Position numbers and translations under genes: made by a program. A DNA stretch of 58,071 nucleotides, the filler included, from Sphacelaria rigidula (lineage: Eukaryota): the NCBI GenBank assembly GCA_964200075.2. It is 9 parts of 9 records of this genome, joined end to end, with 100 filler letters (N's around TTAATTAATTAA, not from the genome) between each part and the next. Parts side by side here need not be neighbours in the genome. Positions count along the whole stretch, not along the records: positions 19,393 to 25,756 come from CAXNAA020020517.1; positions 25,857 to 32,219 come from CAXNAA020020518.1; positions 32,320 to 38,682 come from CAXNAA020020519.1; 6 more parts are not named here. One strand, 5' to 3'. Shown one piece after another: positions 22,880-34,803 of the stretch. The notes beneath the pieces are model-generated. The model saw only the letters and a program-made list of their open reading frames with translations, ran no database searches and had not been told where the DNA came from. Within the stretch, counting starts at the first letter, position 1; each line of letters opens with the position of its first letter.

Positions 22880-25440
22880 CATTGGGTGTTTCTTCTATTC
22901 GTTCTCCGTCATACTCGACACCACAAACTTCATTTCGCGGAGGCAGTCTGCGAGCGAGACATGTGCGGCTACAGAGAACGAACGAAGTCCTCGTATCCTT
23001 GTATGTATGGAGTCAGCTTAGTAATAATGGCCGTGGTCGAAGCAATTGCGCTCATGCTTCTTGCCAGGAGTGTGTATAATACCTGCCCAGAACGCCCAGG
23101 GATTCTGTCACAATTGACGGTTGCGAATCACGCGTCGATAACCTCCGTGAGAGTCGCGTGATGGAAGCAGATGGCGCACGTTTGTTGATGGCACGGCTAG
23201 AACCTTGTGAAGGGGAATCCACCAACCGTCAATCAATGTATTGTTAGAAAACTGCTGCTTGCCTAAGACATCTGCGGACTGCAAGGTGTTTTCCAACGTG
23301 CGTTGTAATGATGCAAGAAAACTGGATGTGTATTGTCCAGACACCTCACCCGTAGTGGATGCGCCATAAGTTGTTGGCATTCAATTCGATGCATTGTCGA
23401 AGAATGGAGGCAACACGACGATCGGAATCACGAGTGATTCTGGCAGCGGCAGGTTCGGCAGTACGTCGTGCTTCCTTCTCGACAATACGTTGTGCTTCAG
23501 CCTCGGCAACACGTCGTGCGCCAGCCCCGGTAATGCGGCGCGATTCAGCCTCAACATTACGCTGTGTTTCAGCCTCGGCAACACGGCATGCTTCAGCCTC
23601 GGCAACACGTTTTGTGTGCGGCTGCGGTGACGTTGGCTTCTACAGTACGTTTTACAGTACTGTAGCATCTGACGAGCAGCTGATGTACGAGGCCTGTTAG
23701 ATGACAAGGGTAAATCAGGACGATCCTCATCAGAAAGACCGAGAAGGTTGTAACCGACGTTCCCCAGTCAAGAGGTATCTCGCCTAGTGTGTGGTGGTGA
23801 CATAGTCGCAGTCGACCGGGTCAGGCGGTAGTGACGAGCTTTGTTCGTAGAGGTGGAACCCGAAGACCATGAATTGTTATTGCTCCGCTTCTGAGAGCTG
23901 TCTCCCCGTCGTTCTGATGTACGGTAGGCTGGTCGACTCGAGGAATGGCGAGTGTTATTGCCGCAGTATTCAGGGTCACGGTCACGCCGGTTGCTGCTGT
24001 GGGGAACCGGAGTCCAGTCAGGAGATTACTGTGCAATCTGCACCTCTTTGCGAAGGCCCGCCAGAAGCTCTATGAAAGCTTCGTTAAAAGCGGGTAGGGT
24101 GTCAGACTGGAAGAAAACTGAAGAAAAGGGGTCGGAATCTTCGCGACCAGGGAGCAGGCGATACTGTCTGAACGCAACGTGAGTGGCTGAAGCCAAGTCC
24201 AACCGAACTTGTCGGGAGAGAAGGTCGGATGCTTGTGTCCGATAGGGGGTAGTGCTGGAAAGGGAGCCGACGGGAAGACGAAGAAAATGCCGGTCGGCCA
24301 AAGTGAGGCGTCCCGAATCCACATTTAAATTGGTCAGGGCCATTGCCAGTGTCGAGCGCGCTGGAGCAGCGGTGGGCACTTGTAGTGGACGGGCCGAGAC
24401 GGGTGGGCATACCATCGGCGGCGGCGGGTGGTGCCGGCCGAAGATGGCTTACGCTGAAAGGCTACAGCGAGGAAATCCACGTGGGCGAGGGTGGAGGTCG
24501 AAAGGAGCAAAAGACTCGTCCCCGGCGCGGCGGACAGCAAAACGGGCTTATTGTTCGATGGGCGACTTGTGCTCCCACACGCGTTGTGGTTCTTCTATTT
24601 GTTTCTCAAGGGTTGGTGGTTGTGCCGTAAGGGTGACATGTTGCGCAGAAAGCGTAGCGTGTTGCTTCGAAACAGAAGCCAGTTGCACCTTGCTCTCGTG
24701 GTGTAAACGACGGGCGGGCCCTGTCTGGGTGACGGTCGTGCTAGAACGGTGGTCACGCGGTTGAATACATTTTGGAAGGTGTCGCGGATGGGTTGTGCCG
24801 CGTTTCGATCGGCTGCTTGGCGGGCGTCTGACTGCTGGTTTTGGTAGTGGTCGTCGTCGCCGGTGTATTGTGGGGGACAACATCGCTCGTTAACGGTGGC
24901 CTGCTCAAGGAGACGACCGTCTTTTTCCCAGGCGAAGTGGCGGATGAGTTCTTCTTAGGCGGAACGAGTAATGCCAAGCGCGAGGGTACCCGGAGCAATA
25001 TTCGGGGCAAGAGTCCGCTTTTTTTCGAGTGGCCATCGATCGCGGGGCGGGGAGGCCACAGTAGGGGTCGTTGTGAAGTCTTCGTGAGGTTGAGAGGAGG
25101 CGGCGAGTGGGCCTGTCCTCTTGACAACTGGGAAAGCGGTAGTGGTTGAGGACGGGAATGGGCCCGGAGCGGTAGCAGGTGAACGAACCGAAGCTACAGT
25201 CGGTTTGGGCTTGGTGACGGCGGCTGGTGCCGGGGTCGGAGCCGGCGCGGGCGTCATCACGGGAGGCGCTGCCACGTAGTCGGCATCTGAGTCGCCAGTA
25301 CGGTTCGAGTCATGCTGGTGCACGGCGGTAGCAGAGGCAGACGCGGCAGTGTTGCTAGTAGTAGAAACAGTCGATATGTTGCGGTGACGTGCGGTTGCGC
25401 CATACGAAGTAGGAGATGCGGTATCCCGCGGGGGCAAGGG
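22880..25440 (-). pseudogene. Decayed long ORF, probably retroelement gag/ORF1 (Pro/Thr/Ala-rich N-terminus, coiled coils)
   Basis: Chain of broken minus-strand ORFs (24955-25437, 24548-24883, 23108-23380) without obvious introns. No enzymatic motif recognised. Confidence 0.35.
23455..23610 (-). repeat. 21-bp coding-type tandem repeat encoding RVAEAEA-like heptads
   Basis: TGCTTCAGCCTCGGCAACACG and variants recur at multiples of 21 bp. Confidence 0.75.
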
Positions 25441-26469
25441 TACGCGTCATCGCGGTTAGTTGGCCGGTGGGTGATTGGATCAACTTTTGGGTGGTGAGGG
25501 ACAATCCACATAAAAGTTCACACCGTGACTGTGCGAGTTAGCGGAGCGACGTCTGGGGTGTGTGCTTTTTTTCCCCTCACACTTTGAACCCCCCCCCTTC
25601 CTCGGGATGAGTCCGCGGTCTCAAGGGATCAACCCATCTCTTCTCCGGTACGTGCCTTTCATTTTGACCTCGCGGATTGGATCAGCATTCCCGCACCGCG
25701 TCAACTCACGTCACACAACCCTAGTCGACTACTTTTGTTTACTCACCTTCGCACGCNNNNNNNNNNNNNNNNNNNNNNNNNNNNNNNNNNNNNNNNNNNN
25801 TTAATTAATTAANNNNNNNNNNNNNNNNNNNNNNNNNNNNNNNNNNNNNNNNNNNNACATTACCAAAATAAAAAAAAAATAAGAAGAGTGACGCCACGCA
25901 AAGCGATGAGAAGTAGCGTTCAACGGGGAGAGAAAAGAAAGGAAGACAAAACAAAGAAACAAACAACAAACGCCAGATCTATCAGAAGTGTACATCGAAA
26001 GAAGGGAAGAGAGAAGATAACAAAGGACAAAAAAACAGAAAAAAACAGGTGACACAGCAAATAGGGTGGTGAAATGCAAGACAAATCAATTAGATTCTTA
26101 ACGATAGTGTGAGCCCGCACGCCCGTGCGCTTTTCCCCAACGATTACGAGAATTCCGTTCACACAACTTAACGCTACTGTAAGGACAGTATGCTGCACGC
26201 ATCTTTCCATTACTGATAACAATTGACTACACAAGAGGTTCCTTCTTCCGTTGCATCGTTCATAGCAGGGCGAAAACACAACATTTGGGTAACTTTCAAT
26301 GCGTTGGATTAGGCGACGACTGTACTAGGTAGAATACAAACAACGGTTGCCTATGATCATGCAGCCATACAATACCGCTGATGACATTGGTTTCGGCGAT
26401 TTGTGGGTCGCACTGACATACCCTCCTCCCCACATGATATCAGCTGACTACAACAAACAAAACATGGAA

Positions 26470-27830
26470 CAAAATGTCTGGATACCAAACGCACCATCAA
26501 GGCGTGCGAGACGCAATCCTTGAATTAGCCACAACCTTCACACACCAGTGCATATGTTGCTGACGAACAAACGTTCTACTCCTGAAGCATACCCGAACCT
26601 TTATCACAACATAACTTGTAGTCAAGTTTCACGCAATCTGGAAAATCCATGCGTGTAAGGCTCATAGTGCTCAAGTTTGCGCGACGTCTTCGCCGAGTAA
26701 TTGCGACGAGAGACCGGTTCAAAGCTGTCGGCGCGGGCAAACGCTTGGCCGCAACGACCTCGCCATCGGCGTTTTGGACAGTGTAGACAGCAGCGAGTTT
26801 CCTGACATTCCAGGCCAATTGGTCAATCGCTGTTCCTGATTGATCAATGACTGTTCCTCCAAAAAACCAACTCCAGTGGGGCAGCTCAAAGCTTCCTCCA
26901 TCGGGATGAAAATGGATGAACATAGTTTTTGTCTCGTACACAAGACTACAGTATTGCACACCCCGTCCATCACCATCATCCACAGAAGTCGACGACGTGG
27001 ACACGTCCGTTGGATCCACCGTTGTCGACGTAGCCCTGATTGGTGAAGCATCGGTGCTGGAAGTGGTGGGGTCAATACGCGCACCTGCATGTACGGGCGA
27101 CATGGCTCCAATGGCGGGGTATCGATAACCCCAGTGGTCCTCATGGTCGCGCCGTATGAGCCGCCGGGCCACCATCCCTAGACGCAGCAGTAGAAACACC
27201 TGTCTGTGTGGTCTCGGCGATGGCAGCCACGGTACCTTACTGCTGGTCAGTCTGGGGTGCTCCAGCCTGTGGTGTCCAGATCCGATCAATGGACGCGGGG
27301 GTATGACAACTATATATGAATTTCCAGTAATGTAGTACACGTAGTGCGTATTTGGGGCGGTATTCACCACCCACTATGCTAACCGTTGTATGATCGGGCA
27401 GTGCTATAAACCTGATGTGAGGTACAAGCGGCCCTTGGAAAAGACTTACAACTTTACACAGTAATCTTCCGGCTGCTGGAGACCATACAGGCTGGTCCCA
27501 CTTCTTAGATCACATCATCTCCGGTGCAAATAGGACGAATGAGGGCAGAAAGTAAGGCAGCAGTGGGATTCCCCTGCGACCGTTTTCGACTACACCTGCA
27601 CTCTGAATGGTCATGAAGGGCCGTTGATCATTATATTTTTAATACATGTCTAGACTTTATCAAATACCCCAGGTGGCGGTGTTCTCTAGTGGAGGTTTGA
27701 TGCAAAATCAATATGCTAAAATTCTCACTCGTTTGCGCTGAAGATTGTTTCGCGTGTAGCTGGCATTGAGGCGAGAATATCGATGGTATTACCTGTTTCG
27801 GCTCCTAAATCAAGGCCGTGCAAATCTTGC
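26470..27830 (-). pseudogene. Decayed DDE transposase-like sequence of the C/DxxH group (Mutator-related)
   Basis: In order: SRLNASY (~27770), AVYTVQNADGEVVA (~26770), FPDCVKLDYKLCCD (~26620) and, in the same frame past two stops, LMVRLVSRHF (~26485). This resembles the D-x-T/N-Y/F-K, TVxNExGE, VDxxCC, VRLDxxH series. Confidence 0.5.
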
Positions 27831-28040
27831 GGCCAACGTACACACCACGTAGTATAGGGGAAAATATCTACAAACATGTATTGGATTTCCACGCTCTTGA
27901 GAATGCACATATAATATACGAAGTATCGAATTGTCTACGCCGGTTTGAAGAAGGGGATAAGAGCGTTTGGGGAGAGGTAGGCATCGGCAAGTCGAAGGTC
28001 AGCATCAGTCCATTTTCTCCAATTCCGGATATAAGGGCGG

Positions 28041-28045
<5 letters not shown>

Positions 28046-28081
<36 letters not shown>

Positions 28082-28090
28082 GCGCGCGCA
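28046..28090. repeat. (CA)n(CG)n microsatellite
   Basis: Directly visible. Confidence 0.95.
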
Positions 28091-28465
28091 CCCTTTCCCC
28101 GATATCCAGCGTAACGGCTCACTCTCAACAAGAGGAAAGTCAGAATCTTCGCTGATGATCATCAATTTGTCGATGCGCACGTCTTCTCAAGATTGCAGGT
28201 ATTAATGATCAAACTTCCCGTGAAAACGATCAAACTTCACGTGAGAAATCGCCGTATACACGTTTGGAAGCCAAGTAGTGGGACCATTCTCCAGGCGTAC
28301 GAACAGCCAGCCAACCCAATCGGTGATGAGATTGATACCAGCCAAGCCGCCCGCTCGATATTCGACTATTCATCCTGGTGGCGAACAAAAACGAGGTACC
28401 ACGAACATTCGACCGATCAATCATTGGAACTTGCACACACGAGAGATTCTACTAGGATAACGTAC

Positions 28466-29014
28466 TTGCTCATGCTGGGCAGTGCTTTTTCTCTGATAGA
28501 GAATATCGCGATCAATTTCGCGTAGCATCCACTCTTCTTCCCTGGCTTTCTTGTCTTTGCGCTGAACGAGCGCCGTAAGATGCTCCATGTTTAGCCCGGT
28601 GGTCATCTGCAGAAAGGGTTGGATGTAGAAGTGCCGTGATTTCTGGTCCTTTCTAAAGTTGCACTTGTCTGCGATCTCCAAGGCCTGGTTCCAGAGTTCA
28701 TCATCTCGACGCTCTTCTCCGGGCATCACCGCAGAACGATCCTGCTCTTTTTCTTGGGTATCTTCTTCTTTTTTGCGTTTCCTCAAGCTCCACATCATCC
28801 AATCACCTATGCTCCAGATACCCCGCAACCACAGCAACAGGGAACCACAAATACAAAACACGCAGAACGCTGCCGCCAAGAACAGGGCGAACACCCAGCC
28901 TCCTAGCTTCGCGAGCGTCTGAAGAAAAGGGAGGAAGTACCCCTTTTGCCAAACGTTGTAGTTGCCATTTTCTTCCTGGTGTTCCTGGGTCGTTGCAGCG
29001 GGTTGATGGCATAC
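28466..29014 (-). CDS. Candidate 183-codon exon of unknown function (hydrophobic segment followed by a charged helical region), upstream of the transposase-like relic
   Basis: CAG acceptor at 29015-29017 and GTACGT donor at 28465, phase 0/0, inside ORF 28421-29110. Confidence 0.45.
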
Positions 29015-29860
29015 CTGACAAATACAGTACAGAGCACATAATATGGACGAAAGGGGACCTAAAAACAAATGTAAGGTAGGCAGTGGAGACTCGGGTGCCG
29101 TCCTCTTCACTTGGGGCTGTCACGACCGGTAAAATACCCAGTACCCCCCATAGTGTCAAGATTTGGACCCCCCAGGACCAAGAATGTGCTCGACTGCATC
29201 TCGCGCAAGGGCCTCGCGAGTGGTCTGTGTTGAGAATCTAGATGATACAGCCTACATTCACTGCGTTTGAATGAAGTCGTTGCAGCAGCAAGACAAGCCG
29301 TACAACTTATGACGGTTTAAGTAAATCAAGAACCACGTAACGTTTTCGCGGAGTCCCTTTTTTGTGAAAATTTATAGTCTACTGGTCTGAGTGACGTTTC
29401 AAGAAGGATAGTGCTGGAGTAGACACGTTGCCATGATTTCCCAACGAAAGAAGATACTCTGGCAGAGTGTCTAGGCCACGTAAGCTGAGAGATATCTTGT
29501 GCTTGAGATTGCAGTTGATCCAAGCGAGGAGCTGGCAAGGCTGCAGCAGCAGCAGTAGCAATGTTGAATTGGCTGATATGAACTGATCTTACGTACGTGT
29601 ACGGATTTGGGTTTTTGTTCCAGGATTGAGGATGCTTGGACGAAGCCACCTCGGCCCCCCAACGCAATCACTCTCCTTCCTTCTTTCAGCCCTCTGCATG
29701 CAAAAGAGGCTGTTTGATTTTGTTTTGGCCAAGTGAAGCGCCCCAAAAAACCACATATGTTCTTTCATTTTCTGTCTTCTGCAGAAGCAAGTGGTGTAAC
29801 CGCCACGGTGCAACCTCTGCCATACATCGCGTGACGGTAGTCGGTCTGTCTCGCGGACAG

Positions 29861-30070
29861 TGTAACGCGTGAGAGGGCCGCGTGCTTAGAGGACCGCGCC
29901 GTAGTTCAAAACACCGCAGGATCGATGTTTTTCAAAACCAATCGGGCCAATCCCTGCAGGTACCACGCCTCTGACCATAACCCCAACACTAACCTTAACC
30001 TAACCCTATCCGTGGGGATGTTCAAATTCCGATGCGGTCCTCAAAGCACGCGGTCCTCTCACGCATTACA
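29861..30070. mobile_element. 210-bp MITE with TGT..ACA ends, a 4-bp TSD and internal telomere-like repeats
   Basis: ~37-bp imperfect TIRs TGTAACGCGTGAGAGGGCCGCGTGCTTAGAGGACCGC / GCGGTCCTCAAAGCACGCGGTCCTCTCACGCATTACA. ACAG on both sides. Internal CTAACC-type repeats at ~29975-30008. Confidence 0.88.
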
Positions 30071-32097
30071 ACAGTACCACACAGCACGAGCCAATACTCC
30101 CATCACTCTGGGAATATGGAGTGAAAATGTAACGCAAATAAGTGGTGAAACACGTTACAGACAAGAGGTGCGTGCGACGACGAACCGTCGCTCACGCGCT
30201 AGGTTGCGCTTCGTAAGTGTGTGGCTGCTGACTGCAAGTTGTCTCAGGACTCGAGCATGACTCACGTACGACATTATCTATGTTGGAGTGTGCAGGCGCG
30301 GGTTCTTGGTTCTTATTCTGCTGGAGTAATATGCGTCCTCGGAAAAACTCTCGTGTGCCACAAGGGCAGCAACAATTTTTGGGTCGGATTAGTATTCTGG
30401 AGTCACAACGCTCCTACAAAGTGCTTGCTTATGGCGGGCGAGTAACACCGGGCTACCGTAGATTTGCACGTTTGGTAGCCTCAAAGTTTCGAAAGTATAT
30501 TATCGGGTCCCCGTTCGAAGTCTACACGCGTTCGTTGACCCGTTTTGGTCAGGTACCAAAGACGTCGATTTCTGCACCACATGCGTTGGCTTCTTTCATT
30601 GGGTTTTGCAGCTACCGTCCCATTCGAATGGCGCCAGTGCACCACGAACCACACGTGTTGAGCGACTTACTCAACGATGGCTATCGGAATAAGAGATGTG
30701 TAAGTCGCACTGTGCGTCTTGCGTTGATTCAACCAAGTTCACCCACTCTCGTTTCCAGCGCGCCCTGAACTCAGTAACGTCATTTCCTCAGCAGCTCATA
30801 AGTCTGGTAGAGGAGATCCGCCTGGAGAGAAGAGCCCACCAGTCAAAAACCGGATGGTCGTGATGTAGATGCAGATAGTTCAAGTAACAATCCATCCGAA
30901 ACTCGTTGACCGCAACACCCGACGCTGCTAGATGTTGAAAGGCAAAAACTTTACCATGCACCCGTAACTGAACGAACCGAACGGTGGACACCACGTAGGA
31001 CTGGATATATATTTCCAAAGATATGAAAGCATGCTATGTTATCAAGAAAAGCGTGTGCTACGCAGCAAAGAAAGCCTAGCATTATTCGGTTTTGAGATGG
31101 TCATGTGGAATCATTGTTCTCGTCATCTGGTTCAAACATGGCCATGTGAGACTAGTACCCGTTTCAAGGTTCGCTAACGTGAGAGCTTGTCCAGCACGTG
31201 AACGGCCGTTAGATTCCAAATCGCCTCAGGTGACGTCATACTCCAGTCACACAACGACGGTTGTGCCGAGGGGAGAATAGGCAGACGTTTCAAGTAGGAA
31301 GATTGAAGAGAAATACAAGCACATATATGGAGTATAGTAAGGTGCGTAAAGTAAACACGGTACGCAACATTTTTTGCGCGCAGAAAAAAAAAACAGCATC
31401 CCAGGGTCCCTGTTTTCCATCTGCAGGGCATCGGAATTTCACCTCAGTACGAGTGCTTCGATGCAAGAACGCTCGCTTCATACGGTATGCTGTGCTCCCA
31501 AACGAGGATAGTACTTCTCAATGCCATGAGAAGAACACTAATCCGGGATTGGTTTCTGGAAGCCTGGGGCAAGTTCCAATCAATTATATGAAGTTCCGAA
31601 CAAGTCTATTCTACACCGCGTTTGGAGGACATCCTGGTTTCGACTGAAGACTGAGCTGTAAGGACAAAACCGGGTCCCAGAATATATCAGGCAAGGATTG
31701 CGCAGTAGCTATCGAAATTCGGAAGCAGGCGCCGAGTAGCACATATGCCGAAATAAAAACTTGATCCGTACCAGTGTCTCAAAAAGGGCATGCGGCGCTG
31801 CGGCAGTGTAGCTATTTAGGAAACTCTGCGCGCAGCGCAGAGTCCCGACGAGCGTATCTGTGGCTTGCCGCAGAAATGAATTTTGGGCCACAGTCATTTC
31901 GCCGAAGTCGAAAACAAATCTGTGGACTTTTTTGCTGGAGGCGAACTTTTTTTTTGAGGCTCTTTTTTGGGGGGGGGGGGGTACTTCTTGTTTCGCCATG
32001 AAAAATACCAACATTTTGACTAAGTTTGAGGGTATTTTGAAGTGGGAAAGCCCATTTGTTTCCGCTCTCCGGGGGACCTCCGGCGGTCCTTCCGGGG

Positions 32098-32219
32098 TGT
32101 AATGCGTGAGAGGACCGCGTGCTTTGAGGACCGCATCGGAATTTGAACATCCCCATGGTTAGGGTTAGGTTAGGGTTAGTGTTGGGGTTATGGTCAGGGG
32201 CGTGGTACCTGCAGGGACT
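32098..32219. mobile_element. Second copy of the telomere-motif MITE, inverted and cut by the contig end
   Basis: Near-identical reverse complement of ~29951-30070, including GGTTAGGGTTAGGTTAGGGTTAG. Confidence 0.9.
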
Positions 32220-32680
32220 NNNNNNNNNNNNNNNNNNNNNNNNNNNNNNNNNNNNNNNNNNNNTTAATTAATTAANNNNNNNNNNNNNNNNNNNNNNNNN
32301 NNNNNNNNNNNNNNNNNNNAGGAGCCCCTGAACTAGACATAATTTCGCGAAAAAAGTGCACCCCTACCGTAGCATTGCTCCATGTCTCTTACTTTTGTCT
32401 TTTACCCCCGCATCCACCAATGGACATTGCCTCGTCTTGGCTTCCTCCTATATTCTTGCACGCTTTTTGGAGGAAGCAGGGGGGAGGGGGCATGTAGCCG
32501 AACAATATTGAACGGGTGACTCGATGGTTCGGAATTCTTCTGGGGCAATAGTACACTTGCAACACTGCAACAATCAACAGTCCAACAGACGTAACCGAAG
32601 ACTTCTCGTGCGAGCCCTAAAGCAGTGCTGTGATTTTCTTCCATGACCGCCCTCCTTGCTCCACATTATTTATTACTGTA

Positions 32681-33210
32681 CTTCCTCTGTCCTATAAGTG
32701 AAGGTACCTGAATTTGTACGGGCCCTTAACGATGTCCGATCGTTTTTGTTTTTTTTATGAACTCTACGGTGTTTTTTGGGTTGAGAAAACGTGTCTAAAA
32801 TTTGCAGCTCGTGCTTGAACCATGCCGCCGAACGGCTGCAAAAAGAGTAATCGGCCCAAAAATGGCCGTTTTTCGCCCCTTTTCGAGGGGAAGAAAAGTG
32901 TCGATTTTTTTTCTGATTTTTTTTTAATCGAGTTCCTGGAAACAAGCCCAAGTGAAGGCGGGGACGATTAAAATACAGTAAAATAAAATAAAAATCGACA
33001 CTTTTTTTCCCCTCGAAAAGGGGCAAAAAACGGCCATTTTTTGGGCCGACTACTTTTTTTGCAGCCGTTCGGCGGCATGGTTCAAGCACGAGCTGCAAAT
33101 TTTAGACACTTCACCCAAAAAACATCGTAGAGTTCATTAAAAAAAAAACGAGCGGACATCGTTAAGGGCCCGTAAAAATGTAGGTACCTTTACTTATGGG
33201 ACAGAGGAAG
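32681..33210. mobile_element. Stowaway-like (Tc1/mariner) fold-back MITE, 530 bp
   Basis: TA|CTTCCTCTGTCC ... GGACAGAGGAAG|TA, with ~230-bp arms forming a near-perfect palindrome. Confidence 0.92.
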
Positions 33211-33221
33211 TATTCATTTAT

Positions 33222-33507
33222 TTGTCGCACTTTAAATCCCTCCCCTCCCTCGGCATGGGTCCGTGGTCTCAAGGGATCAACCCATCTCTCCCCCGGTACA
33301 CGCCTTGAATTTAGGTCTCGAGGATTGGGTCAGCAATCCTACACTGCGTCAACTCACGTGACACAAACTCAGTCGACTACTTCGATTACTCACGTTCTCA
33401 CGCTTTCCACATTGGAGATCAGATACTTGAAGAAAAACCCAACGCATCGGGAATCGAACCCTCGTTATCTCCACCCTAATGGCGACAGTCGGACCATTAC
33501 ACCACGA
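33222..33507 (-). mobile_element. tRNA-derived SINE, family B; other copies at ~25575-25756 and, more diverged, ~11435-11700
   Basis: Minus-strand head TCGTGGTGTAATGG (A box)...GGGTTCGATTCCCG (B box). Body GTCCGYGGTCTCAAGGGATCAACCCATCTC is shared among copies. Confidence 0.8.
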
Positions 33508-33836
33508 CAATCAATTTTTGTTTCGACCCCGGTCCGTTCCGGTTCGAGTACTCTCGCACATGCTTTCAGGGTAGTACCCATTCTCCTGGATGGCGGGGGT
33601 TATTCTCATAATCTTGCATGCCGTAATCATATGACCATAGACCTCGCATCCCTACAAAGCCCGGACGGAGCACGCCGGGGTTTCGCCGGAGGCTCGCTGG
33701 ATTGGGGGCGGGGGGCTGGGAAAGGCGACGAAGTCATCACTCAAACATGAAATTTCTGAAAAGCTTCTGAGTTGACAAAACAATTGCTGCCGCGAGGGTA
33801 TGTACGGCGGAAAACTGAAGAAAACAAACGTCTTAC

Positions 33837-33912
33837 CCATGGTGAGGTAGTAGAAGTCATCATCCACGAACAGCTCGTAGAACTGTGTGATGTTGCGGTG
33901 TTCGCCCGCCAC
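33837..33912 (-). CDS. Internal exon of a Ser/Thr protein kinase (CAMK/CDPK-like subdomains IV-V)
   Basis: CAG acceptor and GTAAG donor. VAGEHRNITQFYELFVDDDFYYLTM(E) matches HPNIxxLxExFxDxxxxYLVME. Confidence 0.8.
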
Positions 33913-34720
33913 CTGTCAAATACAGCCCACGTCGCAATACAAACATCATGCTCACGTCAGGATTACTTCACGGCGGCGTATAGTTAATGAAGGGTCGGCG
34001 CCAAATCTCCTGGACGACGGAAACGTTCTATAGCTTGAAAAAAAAACGTATGAGTAAGGTCGTCACGCAGGAGGGGGGGGAAAAGGCGAATATATATAAT
34101 ACATATATATTCGTAATGGGTTATACCTTAATATCCATGATTTTGCTGGCGTCGACCCTTGATTAGCTATATACGCCACCGTAATACTTTGTTCGTTCCT
34201 TTCAGATGGTGAGAGTACTGTATGCAGGGCGCAGCTTGGCGCCTCGCTCCCGTAGTATTCCATGAGTGATGGGTGAGACCTCATACCCAAAAAAGTATGT
34301 GGCCGAAACGAATAAACCGTGATCTGCCCACGTATTCCAGGGTAACGAAAGGGGCGAGATGCTGAGCACACTCCACCGTACAGTGCGCACCTCCCTGTGA
34401 TCAAAACTGGAATTATAGTACCAGTTCGTATGTAGTATATCATGGGCTAGTTCTGGGTCGGGCGGCAGGAGAGTAATAACCGTGAGGGGTTCAAATCCCG
34501 ACATGACTATTTTATTAATATTTTTTTGGTTTCCACACTGGGTTCATCTTCGTCATCGTGGAAAGCGTGGGGACGTGACGTAACGCGAGGTTGAAAAAAA
34601 AAAAGACGATGAGACAATTGACGGGATGCGAGCGTGGTCATCATCTAGACCGTATAAATCTTGTGGAACACACCAACGAAGCAAGTCCGTTCGTTGCTTC
34701 GTACAATACAACCCCCCCCC

Positions 34721-34803
34721 TCCGTCTCAAAAGGGACGCGTGGTCAATGAACAAACGACTGAGGCAAGCAAAAAATGAATACTCCTCCCCCCCCCTCCCC
34801 CCC
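34721..34803 (+). mobile_element. 3'-terminal LINE fragment between two C-tracts
   Basis: TCCGTCTCAAAAGGGACGCGTGGTCAATG...GGCAAGCAAAAAATGAATAC matches the 5822-5885 family. C9 upstream and C-rich tail downstream. Confidence 0.85.

Noticed and set aside
32157..32219. True chromosome telomere at the contig end
   Set aside because: The TTAGGG units are few, degenerate and internal to a MITE that also occurs at 29861-30070.
19393..32219. Endogenous giant-virus (phaeovirus-like) insertion
   Set aside because: No gene-dense intact ORFs or recognisable viral core genes. The content is better explained by transposon relics.
33445..33507. Functional tRNA genes here and at 7257-7322, 8702-8770 and 57728-57800
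   Set aside because: A/B boxes are present but I could not form a full cloverleaf, and the heads are attached to repeated bodies or shared tails, so they are treated as SINE heads.
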